From positions 372,001 through 436,000 of the forward strand of contig BQFW01000010.1 of assembly GCA_020891255.1 (NCBI GenBank): a stretch of 64,000 nt of DNA, given 5' to 3'. Each line of letters opens with the position of its first letter. Positions within the stretch are counted from its first letter, which is position 1. The position numbers and the translations under genes were made by a program. Shown here one piece after another: positions 48,401 to 61,513 of this stretch. Below the pieces are notes generated by a model. It worked only from the letters and a program-made list of their open reading frames with translations, did no database searches and was not told the DNA's origin. Source of the stretch: Entomortierella parvispora E1425 (lineage: Eukaryota > Fungi > Mortierellomycota).

Positions 48401-50944
48401 GGGAGCGCCGCATACCATCCTCTCTTGGTTTGTCTTGACTCTGACGCCAGTCCCTCACCTGTCTCGGACCATCCATTTGGACAGCACAGCCTGATATCCG
48501 AACCCTCTATCATCCACTTTTTGGCTGAGCGTGCAGATGAGAGTTCCAGTTTCAGGGCTCAACTTCATACCACCATTGACTTGTCGAAAGCTGAAGCCCT
48601 TGTCGGCCGAGCGGCAGCTAACGCCATAACGATTCTCGTCAAGGCTGGAGAACACTTTAATGGAGCCGATCTCCGGAGGATCAGGATTCCGGGGGCCGAT
48701 CTGACTGGAGGCTTCTTTGATTCTGCTAATTTGCAAGATGCGAATTTAAACAAGGTCAACTTTACTCAGACCTGGTTGCGCGAGGTGGACTTTTCTCGTT
48801 CTGATATGGAAGGCGTTATATTTGGAGAAAAGCCCTTTCTGGAGTCACCGGGATTTCGCGCATGCGCCAGTTCTCCCGATGGATCAATGCTTGCTGTGGG
48901 ATATGCATCTGGAGATCTCAGAGTTTACAGCACCTCAAACTGGACGGTACTTTTTTCTCTCGATGGACACACAGATATGGTCTTGAGTGTCTCGTTTTCC
49001 TACTCTGGTCGGCAGCTGGCATCAGGAAGTGCTGACAAAACTGTCCGAATCTGGAATCTGCAGCAAGAAGTGGATTGTCGTGTCATGCAGGAGCACTCTG
49101 CTAAAGTGAATTGCGTCGCTTTTTCACCTGACGGAACTCAGCTAGCCTCGGCAAGCAGCGATAAGACAGTGCGCGTTTGGGATGCCGATATTGGAACGCT
49201 TGCCTTTGTCTTTAACGCGTCTCACGACGATGTGCAGACTGTTGCATGGTTTCCAGATGGAGAGCAACTGGCGTCCGGTGCCAAATATGGGATGCTGAGG
49301 CTATGGAGTGTATCCACCAGAAAGGTCGATCGACGATTAAAAGTGGGACTCATCGATGTTCAGTGCATTTCCATCTCCCCAGACGGCCAGCGCCTTGTTG
49401 CAGGATGTAAAAACGACTTGCATCTGTGGAACTTTCAAACCGGTGCTGACCCCGAGGCACTTGTTCTGAAGGGCCATACAGGTCTGGTGACTGCTGTGGC
49501 GTTCTCGAGAAATGGCCATCGTATTGCATCTTCAAGCTTGGATCGATCTGTGCGGTTATGGGATGGGCAGACAGGAGCTCTCATCAGCACGTGGGTCGCC
49601 CACTCGGATAGTGTCCACAGTTTGGCATTTCTAAATGACCGAGAGATTGCCTCTGGGACAGAAAAGATTACTAGGATTTGGGAGCTTGACAGCAAACTAG
49701 GGCGACCCAACACAGCCAACGATGCCTTCAGCGACACGGGTCACTTAGGAATAGGAATCGAGAACGCAATATCAAGCATGGCCTACTCACCAGACGGCCA
49801 ATTCGTGTTTTCGTTTAGCCCCAGCTCCCGCGAGGCCACGAGGATCGTCATTGACAGAGGAGACGGCAATTATTCCATCATTTCCACTCCCGAGACGGCA
49901 GACCCAGTTAAACCAGAACTAGGACCCAACGATGAAATTGTTTTGGCTGAAAGCTGCGATGGTACAGTCATGCTGTGGGGAGTTCAAGAAAGAATGCTCG
50001 GTATCATGGGCAATCGATCGAATCAGTCGATCCTTCAAGTTTGTACAGATGGCGTTTATGTGATTCTCGTCAACAACCGTAGTCTGGTGATCTGCGAGCG
50101 GGAGGATCCGACGTTACAGCTGTTGCTTGATTGTTTTACAAGCACGGACACAAGAAATCTCGGCGACGGCAGCGACATTTTGTGCAAGTCTAGCAGAGCC
50201 ATTGTCTTCTCTGGATGCTGCAAATGGATCACCTTTTCACAGTTTGATGGATCCGTCACCTTGGTAGATACTCGCTCTGGCAGTGAAAGAGAGTTGGCGA
50301 AGCATGAGGGCAAGTGCACAGCAGCTGTTTTCTCGCCCAATGGTCACCAACTTGTCACGAGCTGTCCTGGGGGGGATGGAGAGAATGGAACGACCTTCTT
50401 TTGGGAAACGCTCTCTGCAGAGTGCACCGAGACTTGGGACTCTTGCATCCGTGTCATCTCGTACTCACCATGTGGAACCATGATGGCGTACGCAGAAGGA
50501 AATGTCGTTTACACCTGGCACTTTGAAGAAGGGACAAGAACCACAGTCGGCGAGCACGATGACAAACTTAATTGCATCGCATGGTCCTCTTGCGGCCGAT
50601 GGATCGCCTCTGGCTCGGACGATTGTAACGCTTGTCTATGGAAGCTACAACCGAAGGGATTCGAACCTGAGTGGTCTCGCGTGGCGATTCTCCGAGACTT
50701 TCTAAGGCCTGTCAAGTGCATTCTCTGGAGCCCAGTGGACCCATCGCAGTTTGTAACGGCTGGCGCAGATCGGTCCTTTTGCGTCTGGCGACTTGTGGAG
50801 GAAGACAATAACATTCGAGTCAAGCTGGTATGTGGATCGCTTCCTAGTCGATTGGCGATCACAGGCGCTCGGATCAGTGGTGTGGATGGTCTTGGCTCTA
50901 TTGAGAGGGAGCTTATGCTACAAAGACATGCCATCGAAGAGTAA
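45470..50944 (+). pseudogene. NLR-like STAND gene (helical N-terminus, NACHT, pentapeptide repeats, WD40) with in-frame TAG at 46211-46213
   Basis: Walker A GDSGAGKST, Walker B ILICDGYDE, pentapeptide run GADLRRIRIPGADLTGGFFDSANLQDANL, and many GH..WD repeats. ORFs 45470 and 46220 share a frame; no intron is needed. Confidence 0.85.
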
Positions 50945-52368
50945 ATAGGGTTGGGATTCCTTGCATTTGGAAAAAGTCATTGAAAGAAACTAGGATTACC
51001 TTGCCAACATGGTGACTATGATGCGTTCAGGCTGATCTCTAGTATGCGCTAGAGAGACGCTGCTAGTGCTTACTCATGATCTCTGCCAATTCCAACTTTG
51101 CTTCCTCGTCCCTGTGGTTAGACAAGATCGGCGAGTCTGCCCTTGCCCATGCATGTCATTCTTTCCATGCCAATGTCAAAGTAGATCCTTCGCTCGTTAG
51201 AATTAGAGGCCACACATGTCGGTCGAGAAAGCGACTGTGCTATCAACGTTTACCGTTTACTTTGGCTCAAGGACCTATGATCCAGTATCCTCCTCAAGAT
51301 CTGAACGCATTCCATCGCAAACGCAACTTCTCATCTATAACCCTCGCGGCTTTGTCCCCCCATATCTATCTCTCTCTTTTGCCCTCTCCCCATGTCTCTT
51401 TATGCCCCATCTCTTTTTTTATCTCCCTCTCTTTCTTTTTCTCCCCTGTCCCTACCTTGTGTCTCTCTCTCTCATCCTCTCCTCTCTCTCCGTCTGTCTG
51501 CCAGGCTACCATCCAATCCCTGTCCCTCTCTCTCCTCCCGACTCCCTCCCCAGTCTCTATCACATCCCGTTACTGCACTCATGCCAGACTGTGCGCGGTG
51601 GAGTGTTAAGTGCCGCCCACGCTGGAAGCAGGCATCACGACTAAGTGTGTTATGTACATGAAAAAAGGCACAAGACAAGAGACGCAACATGCTGATCAAC
51701 CCTTCCAATGTCATAGAATCCCGGAACCAACGGGACGTGGCGAGCATGACTGCTAATACCAGCAGCTATACATGAAGCACCTCCAGACAGTGTTAGCAAT
51801 CTATAAACGAATACTAAAGTCTTCAGTAACACACAAACCTTCGCACGTACGAAGATGGGCTATCCGTAAACGCGTCCGCCAATTCTCCTGGAGGGAACAG
51901 AGAAAGAGCCGACATCGAAGGATCAAAAAGCGACGTCGCTATGAACGCTTGGCTGCCACAAGTCAGTCGGTGGTGGTCCAGCGATGTCTTGATCTCTTTG
52001 CATAGATCTTTATCTCTTTTTGATACATATTTGTTGGGTATAGCGACTGCGACGGGAATAAGCCCTGTTGTGTTGTAAGTATAGACTCGGTAGTTGGGTC
52101 GGATGATTATAGCCACAGAGGCTCGCCGGTACTTGGAGAGTTGGAGGCGACATTGCGGGGAGGACCTAGCGAGTCGATGATGGAGGCCAAGGCCAGTATT
52201 TCTCGGGTCATGAGCAGGGCGATGCAGACAGGTCAGAAGAGAAAATGCAACAAGAGAGAAGGGAGTAAGAGAGGGAGAAGGAGAAGGAGAAGGAGAGAAG
52301 GAGCAGGCAGAGAGCAATTAGATGGAAGCAAAAAAAGTAAATTGAAGAATGTGAATGGGGAATCACAT

Positions 52369-53104
52369 TCAATGGACCGTCAGTGTGGATACGACATGAT
52401 CCCGCTCTGAGAGTGCGCCGGTCGGTCTGTCTGTCTCTTTGCTTGTCTGACGGGACTTGTCAGAGAAGGGAACCAGCGGATCGATCGGATAGGCCGTTTC
52501 TAGTAGCGGGATTTGGAGACCATCCTCTTGGACGACGATTTCTGTGATAAAGAGATCAATGCGGTGGCCTCGATATTGCCAAAAACACACGATAAAGTTA
52601 CGACAGCTGAGACGGATATGATCCTCGGACGCTGGACAGTCCAAACTTTTGAATGTGGTCAAGGCCCTGTCTCAATATCATTGTGGGTTGGAAACAAGGC
52701 CACTGTCGTCCCTGTCCGGGGACTGACACTCTTCCAGAGCAACTTGATGGAAATCAGGCGATGGCTACACCCGTGAGATCACTCGCTTCTTTTTCCAAGG
52801 TGTCGTCTCCCCAACCACCAGTTCGGCTTGCTCAGCTGTGCGAGGTTTCCCTTTGGATAAAGTATCCTCGCGGGAAACACAGAAGGTCCTCGAACAAACA
52901 ACACGGCAGATTCTTGTGATGAAACCTCACAAGACACGATCGTTTGTCTGCCACAGACTCAGGGCGGAGCAAAGCATCGGTTTTTTTTTTTTTTTTTTTT
53001 TCTTCTTTCAGGGCTGATATGAAAAACCGTTGGGATGGCGCAAAAAAATCAATGTCGAAATAAGGGTCGCAGCCCCTCTTGAGCAATTGAAATAAAAGTC
53101 GCAC
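52369..53104 (-). pseudogene. Possible degenerate gene fragment of unknown family
   Basis: Protein-like stretches (RGHRIDLFITEIVVQEDG...) broken by stops; no domain recognised. Confidence 0.2.
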
Positions 53105-53265
53105 AGGTTTGCTCCACTATCTATGTTGTACCATTTTACCAGGGACAAAGGGGGGCGTTGACCCAGCAACAAGATCAAGCATGTTTTTGTGGGTGAGTGA
53201 ATATAAGTTTATGGACGGGATGATTAGATATTTATACAGCCGCTGGATATAAGAGTGGTTCAGTT

Positions 53266-54252
53266 CTATTTGTCGCTGTGAATAGTGATGGCATGCGGCA
53301 TTCCCCAGCACTCATAGCCCAAGAATCCAGCTACGTAGCAAAGACCCTCGCTCTCAATACCGTCGTAGCCCTCATACTTCCATCCGCCTCCGATCACATA
53401 GTTGGTCGTAAAGGCCGCGCCCTCCCTGTGCACCTCGCTCTTGACAAACAAGACGGTGCCGCCGACGGAATCCAAATGACCAAACTCGCCTTCCAGGTCA
53501 TGTGTGAACTTGACCGACGCATGACGGGGCACAAAGATCCCGCCTTGCTCAATCGTCTTTTGCTCCTCCTCATTGGGTTTGATGCGCTCGCCCGCCCACG
53601 CATTCAAATCATAAAAGTTGCCATGGGCGCCAAAGCGAGTCGCCGTCGTAATAATGTCCTTGCCCGAGTGGACCATCCGCTTCAACAGGTCGCCGGGGAT
53701 CTCGATCATGTCCGAATCCAGCCAGAGCACAAAGTCCTCGTCCCGCAAGGTGCTGTACAAGAGATAATTGCGCAAACGAGCAATCAACCGACGCCGTTCT
53801 CGCTGGACCATGTCGCCCTTGCGGTCACCCCTGGCAATCCCGATATCCTTCTCCCGCAGAATGACCTCTATCCGGGGCACGGTCGAGTCGTTCTTGGGGA
53901 GGCGTTGGACGTAGCTGGTGATGGCGTTGTACTCGGTCTTGTCACTGGCGAGGACAGCGATGCGGAGGTTGGTCATGGGGTAATCGAATCCTTGGACCAG
54001 GCTCAAAAAGTCATGAAAGCCTCGACCGCCGCCCCAGGAGGCATGGTCCCTGACGAGGGTGAGGATGAGACCAGTTTGATGATGAGGGTCGATGGATGAC
54101 GTCGTGCGAACAAAGTTCAGGTCCATGCTAGGGCTTGGGTCCCTGTTGAGGGTGGCGAGGTTGAAGCATGCGATGAGGAAGAAGGCAGAGCCGGCCAGGA
54201 GAACGAGTCGGCGGTAGTTCGTCCCCTGGAGGACCGAACGGAGTGTGGTCAT
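53266..54252 (-). CDS. Anp1/Mnn9/Van1-family (GT62) mannosyltransferase, type II membrane protein, 328 aa
   Basis: N-terminal TM anchor; WLDSD DxD motif; YDLNAW, LDSVGGTVLFV and ESEGLC motifs. Confidence 0.9.
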   Translation of the reverse strand: MTTLRSVLQGTNYRRLVLLAGSAFFLIACFNLATLNRDPSPSMDLNFVRTTSSIDPHHQTGLILTLVRDHASWGGGRGFHDFLSLVQGFDYPMTNLRIAVLASDKTEYNAITSYVQRLPKNDSTVPRIEVILREKDIGIARGDRKGDMVQRERRRLIARLRNYLLYSTLRDEDFVLWLDSDMIEIPGDLLKRMVHSGKDIITTATRFGAHGNFYDLNAWAGERIKPNEEEQKTIEQGGIFVPRHASVKFTHDLEGEFGHLDSVGGTVLFVKSEVHREGAAFTTNYVIGGGWKYEGYDGIESEGLCYVAGFLGYECWGMPHAITIHSDK

Positions 54253-54665
54253 GAGGGAAGGGGACTTGAAGAAACAAGAGAAGAAGAAGGAAAGGGAGGC
54301 GGGAAGGAGAGTGAGGAGGTGAAGAAGAACGTAAAGAGCAGAAGAAGTCAAGAAAAGAGAAAAGAGCGAAAAGAGTGAAAAGAGTGAGGTGCAAGGTGGG
54401 GTGAAAAAGGGCCAAGGGCAAAGAGAGGCACTCGAGAGACTGGGAGCAGGGCTGCTGAGGGCTAATTTGGACGTAGGAAACGGAGCAACCTCATTGGTCA
54501 GACCACAGCCCTTCTGTAACGTCCTCTTCTTAAGGGTTCGAGGGCGGATGATCGGTGCAACGGCTGCTTTGTCCTCGGTGGGATTGAGATGGCATGGGTG
54601 ATCACGGACAACATACAACATTTCCATATCGTTGCTTCCATAGACCGATAGGACATTGCATGCAA

Positions 54666-56366
54666 CTAAAAGATACGGTCGTTTCGAACAATCAGCCACG
54701 GCCGCCTTTCCATGAACCACTTCCAATGATCCGTGTCTTTTGCTTGGGGCTCTACCTTCATCCACGATCCAAAGACAACCTTCTCCAGATCTGGCCATTC
54801 TCGCTCCATGAATTCGACCTCAGCCTGTCCCAGTTGATTCATCATTTGACCTCTCAGGTGCAGCACCCGAAGCTTCTTCAGCCCCTTCAAGGCCTCCAAT
54901 CGACCCCCTTCCTCATCAGAAAGAAGCGTAAAGTCCATAAACTGGCTTCTATCATCCCGAAACTGAGAATATCCAAACGTTAACTCCTCCAGTTCTGTCA
55001 GCCGACCAAGCTGGGAATAAAACTCTTTTGTAGGTGCTTGCTGGTATGCCCGTGGATTGCCCGAGGTCAATGAAAATCTCCTGAGTCCTGTGCAAGCCCA
55101 GTTCCTATTGGCGAAATCTCCCTCACTGCTCACGTCCTCCTCGTCTCCGTTCTTTTCCCGGTATAGAGGAAACTTTGCCATATTCAGGGCAAAGCCACTG
55201 CCTTCTCCATCCAGTTTGAACTCTTTGAGCGCCGGACAGGAGGCTAGCACGATCTGCACATGCTCACTGGACATAAAAAATGGATATTGAATAACGAGCG
55301 ACTCCAAGGTAGAGTGATGAAGAGCGATCACTTGCTGCGGATAGATATTCCACTCCATGCTCGAAAACTCTAGTGATCGGCATCCAAGCTGTGAGCAGCA
55401 ACAACGTGCGACGAGTTCCAAAGTCTCGAGAGCAATCCGCCGATACTCCAGTCCGTTCATCCGAATGTTGCGAACGCGTGAACAATGCTCCAATAGCACT
55501 CCCTCCAATGTGTTGAGAGATGACAGACTCGGTACATGCAGTGTTTCCAGGGACAGGAACCCGATACTAAAGAATGGACCCAGGAACGTCTCTGGGTATT
55601 GCGACACTAACTGCGGCAATTCCAGTTCTCTGAGCCCCAGTGGAAAGAGTCCCGACGCCTTATGTTCCCAGATGGTTTTGAGCGTGCGGTTGAACATAAC
55701 ATCGAGACTCATGGTTTGCTCTTGGATCTCGACGCGGCAGGGACAGCGTAGGACCTGCAAGTTGGGAAGACTGAGACCCATTTCCAAAAACTGAAGACCT
55801 TTCCCGACATCCTGTACTTCCCAACTGTTCATGATCGTCACGGAGGTGAGATTGGTCAAGCATGCCAAGATGGACGACAGGGGATCCATCCGACTCAAGC
55901 ACTCTCCAGGGAGACTGACACTATGCAGAAATGTGTTCCTTTGCAAGATCAAGAGCAGCTGATCGAGCTGCCTGTCCTCTACACCTGCGATGGCTTCGCC
56001 CTCCAAGTTGCCCTTGTACAGGAATCGAGTGAGAGTCTGAATGCCATCGTGCAGGTGGTTTATGCTGTCCTCAGTGGTGACTTCCTTTTGAGCGGCGAGA
56101 ATGTCGAGGATGCCTGTGCCGACAGTCCGAAACTCGAGATTCCGGACATGTTTCAAGTTGAGCGCAAGGCCAGGACTAGGTTCCTCCTCGAGATCCCGAT
56201 CAAGCATATAGGTCCTCCAGAGAAACGGCGCCACAGAAGCCTTCATGATCTTGGACGTCAAGCTCAATCGGCCTAATGACTCGACATGGAGGTAGCCAGC
56301 CACACATCCTGCAAGCTCCGGTATGTTAAAGAATTTCTCGCATGGAGACAGGGTCGTCGTGGACAT
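54666..56366 (-). CDS. F-box / LRR protein
   Basis: FFNIPELAGCVAGYLHVESLGRLSLTS, LRRs, and NWACTGL...FYSQLGRLTELEEL motif. Confidence 0.8.
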   Translation of the reverse strand: MSTTTLSPCEKFFNIPELAGCVAGYLHVESLGRLSLTSKIMKASVAPFLWRTYMLDRDLEEEPSPGLALNLKHVRNLEFRTVGTGILDILAAQKEVTTEDSINHLHDGIQTLTRFLYKGNLEGEAIAGVEDRQLDQLLLILQRNTFLHSVSLPGECLSRMDPLSSILACLTNLTSVTIMNSWEVQDVGKGLQFLEMGLSLPNLQVLRCPCRVEIQEQTMSLDVMFNRTLKTIWEHKASGLFPLGLRELELPQLVSQYPETFLGPFFSIGFLSLETLHVPSLSSLNTLEGVLLEHCSRVRNIRMNGLEYRRIALETLELVARCCCSQLGCRSLEFSSMEWNIYPQQVIALHHSTLESLVIQYPFFMSSEHVQIVLASCPALKEFKLDGEGSGFALNMAKFPLYREKNGDEEDVSSEGDFANRNWACTGLRRFSLTSGNPRAYQQAPTKEFYSQLGRLTELEELTFGYSQFRDDRSQFMDFTLLSDEEGGRLEALKGLKKLRVLHLRGQMMNQLGQAEVEFMEREWPDLEKVVFGSWMKVEPQAKDTDHWKWFMERRPWLIVRNDRIF

Positions 56367-56559
56367 TGAAAGGGAGGCGAACAGTCGACAGGTGATGAAT
56401 GGAAGCGCAATTCATGCGGACAGCCTTTTTTTTTTGTGCGCCACCAATATGTCTGCTGCATTTCACGTGATATTTTTTCTTGTGTGTGAGTTTGCCATCT
56501 TCAATACAGCACAACAAACAGTTCTTGCAAGCAGAGTTTTGAACGTTGGAAAGTCGAGA

Positions 56560-57418
56560 GACCTCAGCAGGTTTGGGCTGAAGTGCTGATGTTAAAGACG
56601 AGTGCACTCTCGCTATCCCTTACGGAAACTTCGCTGATATGCAATGTCGCCCCTCTCGCCAATAGCAACATCGAGGAATCGTACAGAAGAACAACGGAAA
56701 AACGCTCTGCACACATGGAGCAAACATAATCACAAGCAGGACCTACCTCCGCCTGACTTGAACGTGAAAAGTCAATGAATAGCACAGAGTTAGGCATCGA
56801 CGCGTCTGTAGCTGGGATTGAACGACCCCTCTTCCATCAACTACGCGGCCTAGCTCACCACCGCAGTCTGTATTATTTGTAAGGGAGCCAGTTGCATCAG
56901 CAACAGTGACACCAACAACTGTGGAAAAAGTGCCGGTAATCGAAGAACCTCTGCTTGATGACAACGAGCGCGAAACTTTTGTTCACAATGTTGAAGAGGC
57001 TTCTCATCGCCCATGCGAGTGGATGGCTGGGCAATACATGTGCTGCATGTCTTTTTCAAGATTTTTCAACAAAGATATGTCGATGCTTTGCTTCCCCCGT
57101 CAATGGTTGAACGAAATAAAAGCTACTCTGGGCGAAGCTAGAGTTGTTTACCGTTCCTGTTCTTGAGAGGTTCCTGAGAGGTTGTTGAGAGGTTGTTGAT
57201 AGGTTGAGGAGTGGCGGGGCCAAAAAAATGATTGGCGCGAATTCATTGTAGACGCAGGCTCCTGATTCTGGAAGTCGTAGGTCCAATCTTTTGAGACAAG
57301 TGAACCGTTCGAGGAGATGGAGCACGCCTTGTAATCCAATGAGTTGGGACGAGCAGCCGGATGATTCCACCTGCGAGCTTGCCATCGAAGGCGGGTTCAC
57401 CTGAAAGAGTTCAGACAT
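56560..57418 (-). pseudogene. Possible decayed LRR-gene relic
   Basis: FTCLKRLDLRL-like segment and short broken ORFs next to an F-box gene. Confidence 0.2.
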
Positions 57419-58178
57419 CTAGATAGTTGTGTTGGCAACAACGGAAACGGAAGGAAATGATTTAGAAAAGCAGAGACCGGGAGAGGGATCAACGTAAGAC
57501 AAGAGGGCGCAGGCCCCTGTGTTTAGTCCGAAAGAAAAGTCGAGAATGTGAGCCCCGTCTGTCCACGATGGCAACATGAGAAGTCGGTTTGATGGCAACG
57601 GCCGCTGCACAGGCGCAATGGTCGTCGAGACAACGTGGACGTGGAGAGAAGGACTGTAAAAAAAGAGAGAGAGAGGAAGATGAAGGAGAGGAGGGGGACC
57701 CAGGGTTGCACCGTCGCTCTTTCGATCAGGGACAGCCCGCGGAGCACGGCAGCCCATTGGGCTGAGGAGTGCAGGCCCCATTGGGCCAAGCTAGAGCACA
57801 GTGGACAGGTGGGACAAAGAAAGAAGAGACGAGAAAAGAAGCGTGCGATTTTCCGTCTTTGCTGCTGCTTATGGCATGCATTGTGGGGGAGTGGACTCGA
57901 CCACGATGATTTGTTTGTCCTTCCCTCCTTTCCTTCTTCCGTTCCTTTTTTTTTTTTCTTTTTTTCTTTCCTTTCTTTCTCTCCATTCTTGTCCTTCTCT
58001 CTTATCTCCTTCTCTCTTCTGTCCTTCCTCATCCCGTGTCTGGCTGAAGCATCATCAGCCACACCATGGACTAGTCGTCCTCCCCTACTCTACCACTAGT
58101 TCTATCCTTCCTATACCCTTTCATTCCTCGACATTTCCTCTTCCCACAGCACGAAAAGCCCGATTCACAATCTGCACC

Positions 58179-61100
58179 ATGGTGCACCGCAAGATTCCCG
58201 GTCTCTACAGCTTTGTCAAGCTCCTCTGCAGGACACTCTTCCATATCTTTTTCCGCGACTATGCCGCCTTCCACACGGGCACCATCCCCGACGACGAACC
58301 CCTCCTAGTCATCTCGAACCATGGCAATTACCTCCTAGACGGCCTTGCTCTCCTCGCCACATACCCGGGCCAGATCTCTTTCCTGATGGCCCAGCCCAAC
58401 TTCAAGACTGCCATTGGCGGCATTGCCAAAAAGATTGGTGCCATCCCCGTCCTAAGGTTCGTCTTTTTTTTTTTTTTTTTTTTTTTTATATTCTTCGACC
58501 GCACTTTTTTTGAGCCACCGACACCGACCAGCTTCGTTGTGCCCTTGACACATGCTCTCGTGCTGCTTTGTTTGCTGGCGGGGCCTTATCTTTCGAGAAG
58601 CCCAGGAACTGTAACGGAAACAAGCTATCGACCCTGTTCCTTCCCCTTGCATGGTCGGAATGGTGCATCTCCATTCCGACATGACCTACAGCTGGTCCCC
58701 GTCACAACGGCTGGAGTGCGTCGTGGGAAGATACGTCCTTGGGAACACATGGGGCTAGCGTATTGCGAATCGACCAGCGGGCATTCAATCCCTTGGCGCT
58801 TGGCATCCCCGTGTGATCATATGTAGACGATGTGGCGCGGCTGGATGGCGTGACATGGCTTGGGCCTTTGGACACCCTTTGCTCTTCTGTCTTGTCGAGC
58901 ACAAACCCCTTTTGTTCGTGCCACACTAACCGAGTCTTTACATGCACTAGGCCGCAGGATGCACCGCACTATGATGGCATAAGCATGGCCACTATCGCCA
59001 AGGATGGAGGCTCAATCACTGGACTTGGCATCGGCGAGCAATTGCATGTAGGCGACACCGTCTACATTGAGTGCGGAACCTTCAAGGATGCCAGCAAGGA
59101 TACACGGACCACTCAGTGCTATGCGGTCGTGGAAACCATAATCTCGGAGAACGAGGTGGCATTCAAAGCGCCAGGACTGAAGTGGATCCCTGCGACCCTG
59201 ACCTCGGAAAGGGATACCGCCTATATCAAATCGCACAAAATCGTGCGTCGTGGATCTCTAGAGATCCGAGTCCAACGCGGCAACACATTTGTCGGAATTC
59301 AAGAGGCGCTCGATCAAATGAACGGAGGCAATAATATGGCCAGCAGTGCGACCGGGACCATTGGGAGGTTTGTCCAAAACTTGTTTTCCAAATCGCCCGA
59401 GACCTCGCCAGATCTTGAGCGCTTGATGGGAGATGCGCACACTTCAGGCTCATACACAGGGGCAGACATCCCGGGATCTGTCACCGCCCCAGCCAACTTT
59501 CATACCACAGAGACCACCCCTCTGATCCCAAAGCGATCGCAATCTATGAATACAACCAACCAACACCCGATCTACTCCGCCTGGCGAGCCAACGATTCCA
59601 GTGCTAGATTCTCTTCATTCTCGACAACTCATAGCTCAAATGCTCTGAAGGATGGAGATCATGAGGAGGAACTTGTCTCGAACGGTCTGCATGGAACTCA
59701 GGTGCAAGGATATACCAACGGATATGGACATGCTCTCCCATCGAACGGACGAAGCCAACTTGGCCCTGCTGCTTTTGCGAGATCTGAGTCGGCTTCCGGA
59801 TCTAGTTCTCAACCAACACCAGCGCCATTCAATTCTGCTGTCGTATCTCCTCCATCATCCATCTCGCCCGCTCCATCAGGACCCAACAGCGCTGCTGGAA
59901 CGACTGTCCTTCGATTCCCGACAGAGCCTTGCTCATTTCAATTCTCAAACCCAATTGATCACTCAATGATTTATGAAAGTGTTTGGAATAACTTTGAAGA
60001 CCGACGAACGGTCGCTGTGTTTCCAGAGGGCGTCTCGAGTGACGACTACCACCTGTTGGATTTCAAGTATGGATGCACCATCATGGTGCTCGGGTACCTG
60101 GCGCAACATCCCTCCAAGACTCTGAGGATTATACCTTGCGGATTGAACTTCTTCAACCGCCATCGATTCCGATCCCGATTCTATGCCGATTATGGACCCC
60201 CTTTGACGGTTCCTGATCACCTCGTCGAGATGTACAAAGTAGGAGGCGACTCCAAGAAGCAAGGTAAGCAGGCTATTCATTTGGGTGACAGCAGTGACTT
60301 TTGACTTGTGTTTCTCACCCGTGTTTTTTTTTTTTTATTTTTTTATTTATTTTTATTGTTACTGAATAGCTTGCACGGAACTTTTGCAGATCATTCATGC
60401 AGCAGTGGAAGGACTGACGTTGAATGCCGCCAACTATGATGAGCTTCGACTTATCAAAGCCACACGACGACTCTATAGTACCAACATGAAACTCACTCTG
60501 CCCCAGAAGCTGGAACTTACACGCCGGTTCGCCAAGGCGTACACACAGCAGCAAGTTCTGATGCAGACCGAGGCGATGATGTCTTTGAAGCGAGACATCA
60601 TGGCGTATGACAAAACTCTTTCTCATGCGGGCGTTCGGGACAGTCAATTGACAGCGAACCCGTCCCTCTTGACTGCATTGGTCTGCATCCTGCCGGGATT
60701 GCTGCTCCTCCCAGTCTTGTTCTTGATCTCACTCCCAGGAACTTTGCTTTTTGGACCTGTGGGCTTATTGGCAACATGGGCGGCCAAGAAGAAGGGAGCC
60801 CAGGCCATGTTGGCGTTCCAGTCGTATCTCCCGGTGACGCGATGGCCAGGACGGGATGTGATTGCTACCTGGAAGATTGTGGTATCGTTAGCGTTGACGC
60901 CGATCTGCTTCCTGACATACGCGACAATCATGACCGTGCTGGTGAAGAACCATCATCTTTTGGAGTGGATCTTTTCACCCGAGACATTGAATCGAACAGG
61001 GACGGCCAAGATCCTGACCGTGTTTTGGTTCCTGTGCACGTTTGTGTTTTTGCCGACGGTGGCGTTCGGGACAGTTTGGATCTGGGAGTGGCAGATTGCG

Positions 61101-61250
61101 CTCAAGATGCAAATCTATATCTGGTGGTGGAAACTCTGTGGAGGAAACGCGCGTATGAAGGGCTGGAGACAGGATCTGGTCAACCGCTTGCCGGAGCTGA
61201 TTGAGCGCATGGGTGGTCGACAGGCTTTTGACGTCTCTTACCATCATTGA
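58179..61250 (+). CDS. Glycerol-3-phosphate O-acyltransferase (Sct1/Gpt2-like), multi-exon
   Basis: Acyltransferase blocks NHGNYLLD, IPVLR|PQD, VFPEG and IIPCGLNFFNRHRFRSR; C-terminal TM helices. Confidence 0.9.
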
Positions 61251-61513
61251 GTTTGAAAGTCGTGTGAAAGGGGAGTCTTGTTATTTATTTTCTTTTTTTT
61301 TTTTTTTTCCTTTTTTTTTTCTTTTTCTTTTTTGTTCTGATGGATCACGATTAGGAATAAACTGAAAATTGCTTCTTCAGATAATCGTGCTCACCTTTTC
61401 TTTTTTTGGCGTAAGAAACATTGACATTCGAAAAGACTGCCTCAGTCTGGCTTCAAAAGTACGTGACAAGAGCTGCCTTCGTGCGGTTAGGGGTGATTTT
61501 ATTACAGGCGAAC

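Noticed and set aside
53278-54099. 273-aa plus-strand ORF, and similar antisense ORFs over the 22443 F-box and CBM48 genes
   Set aside because: Antisense shadows of recognised genes.
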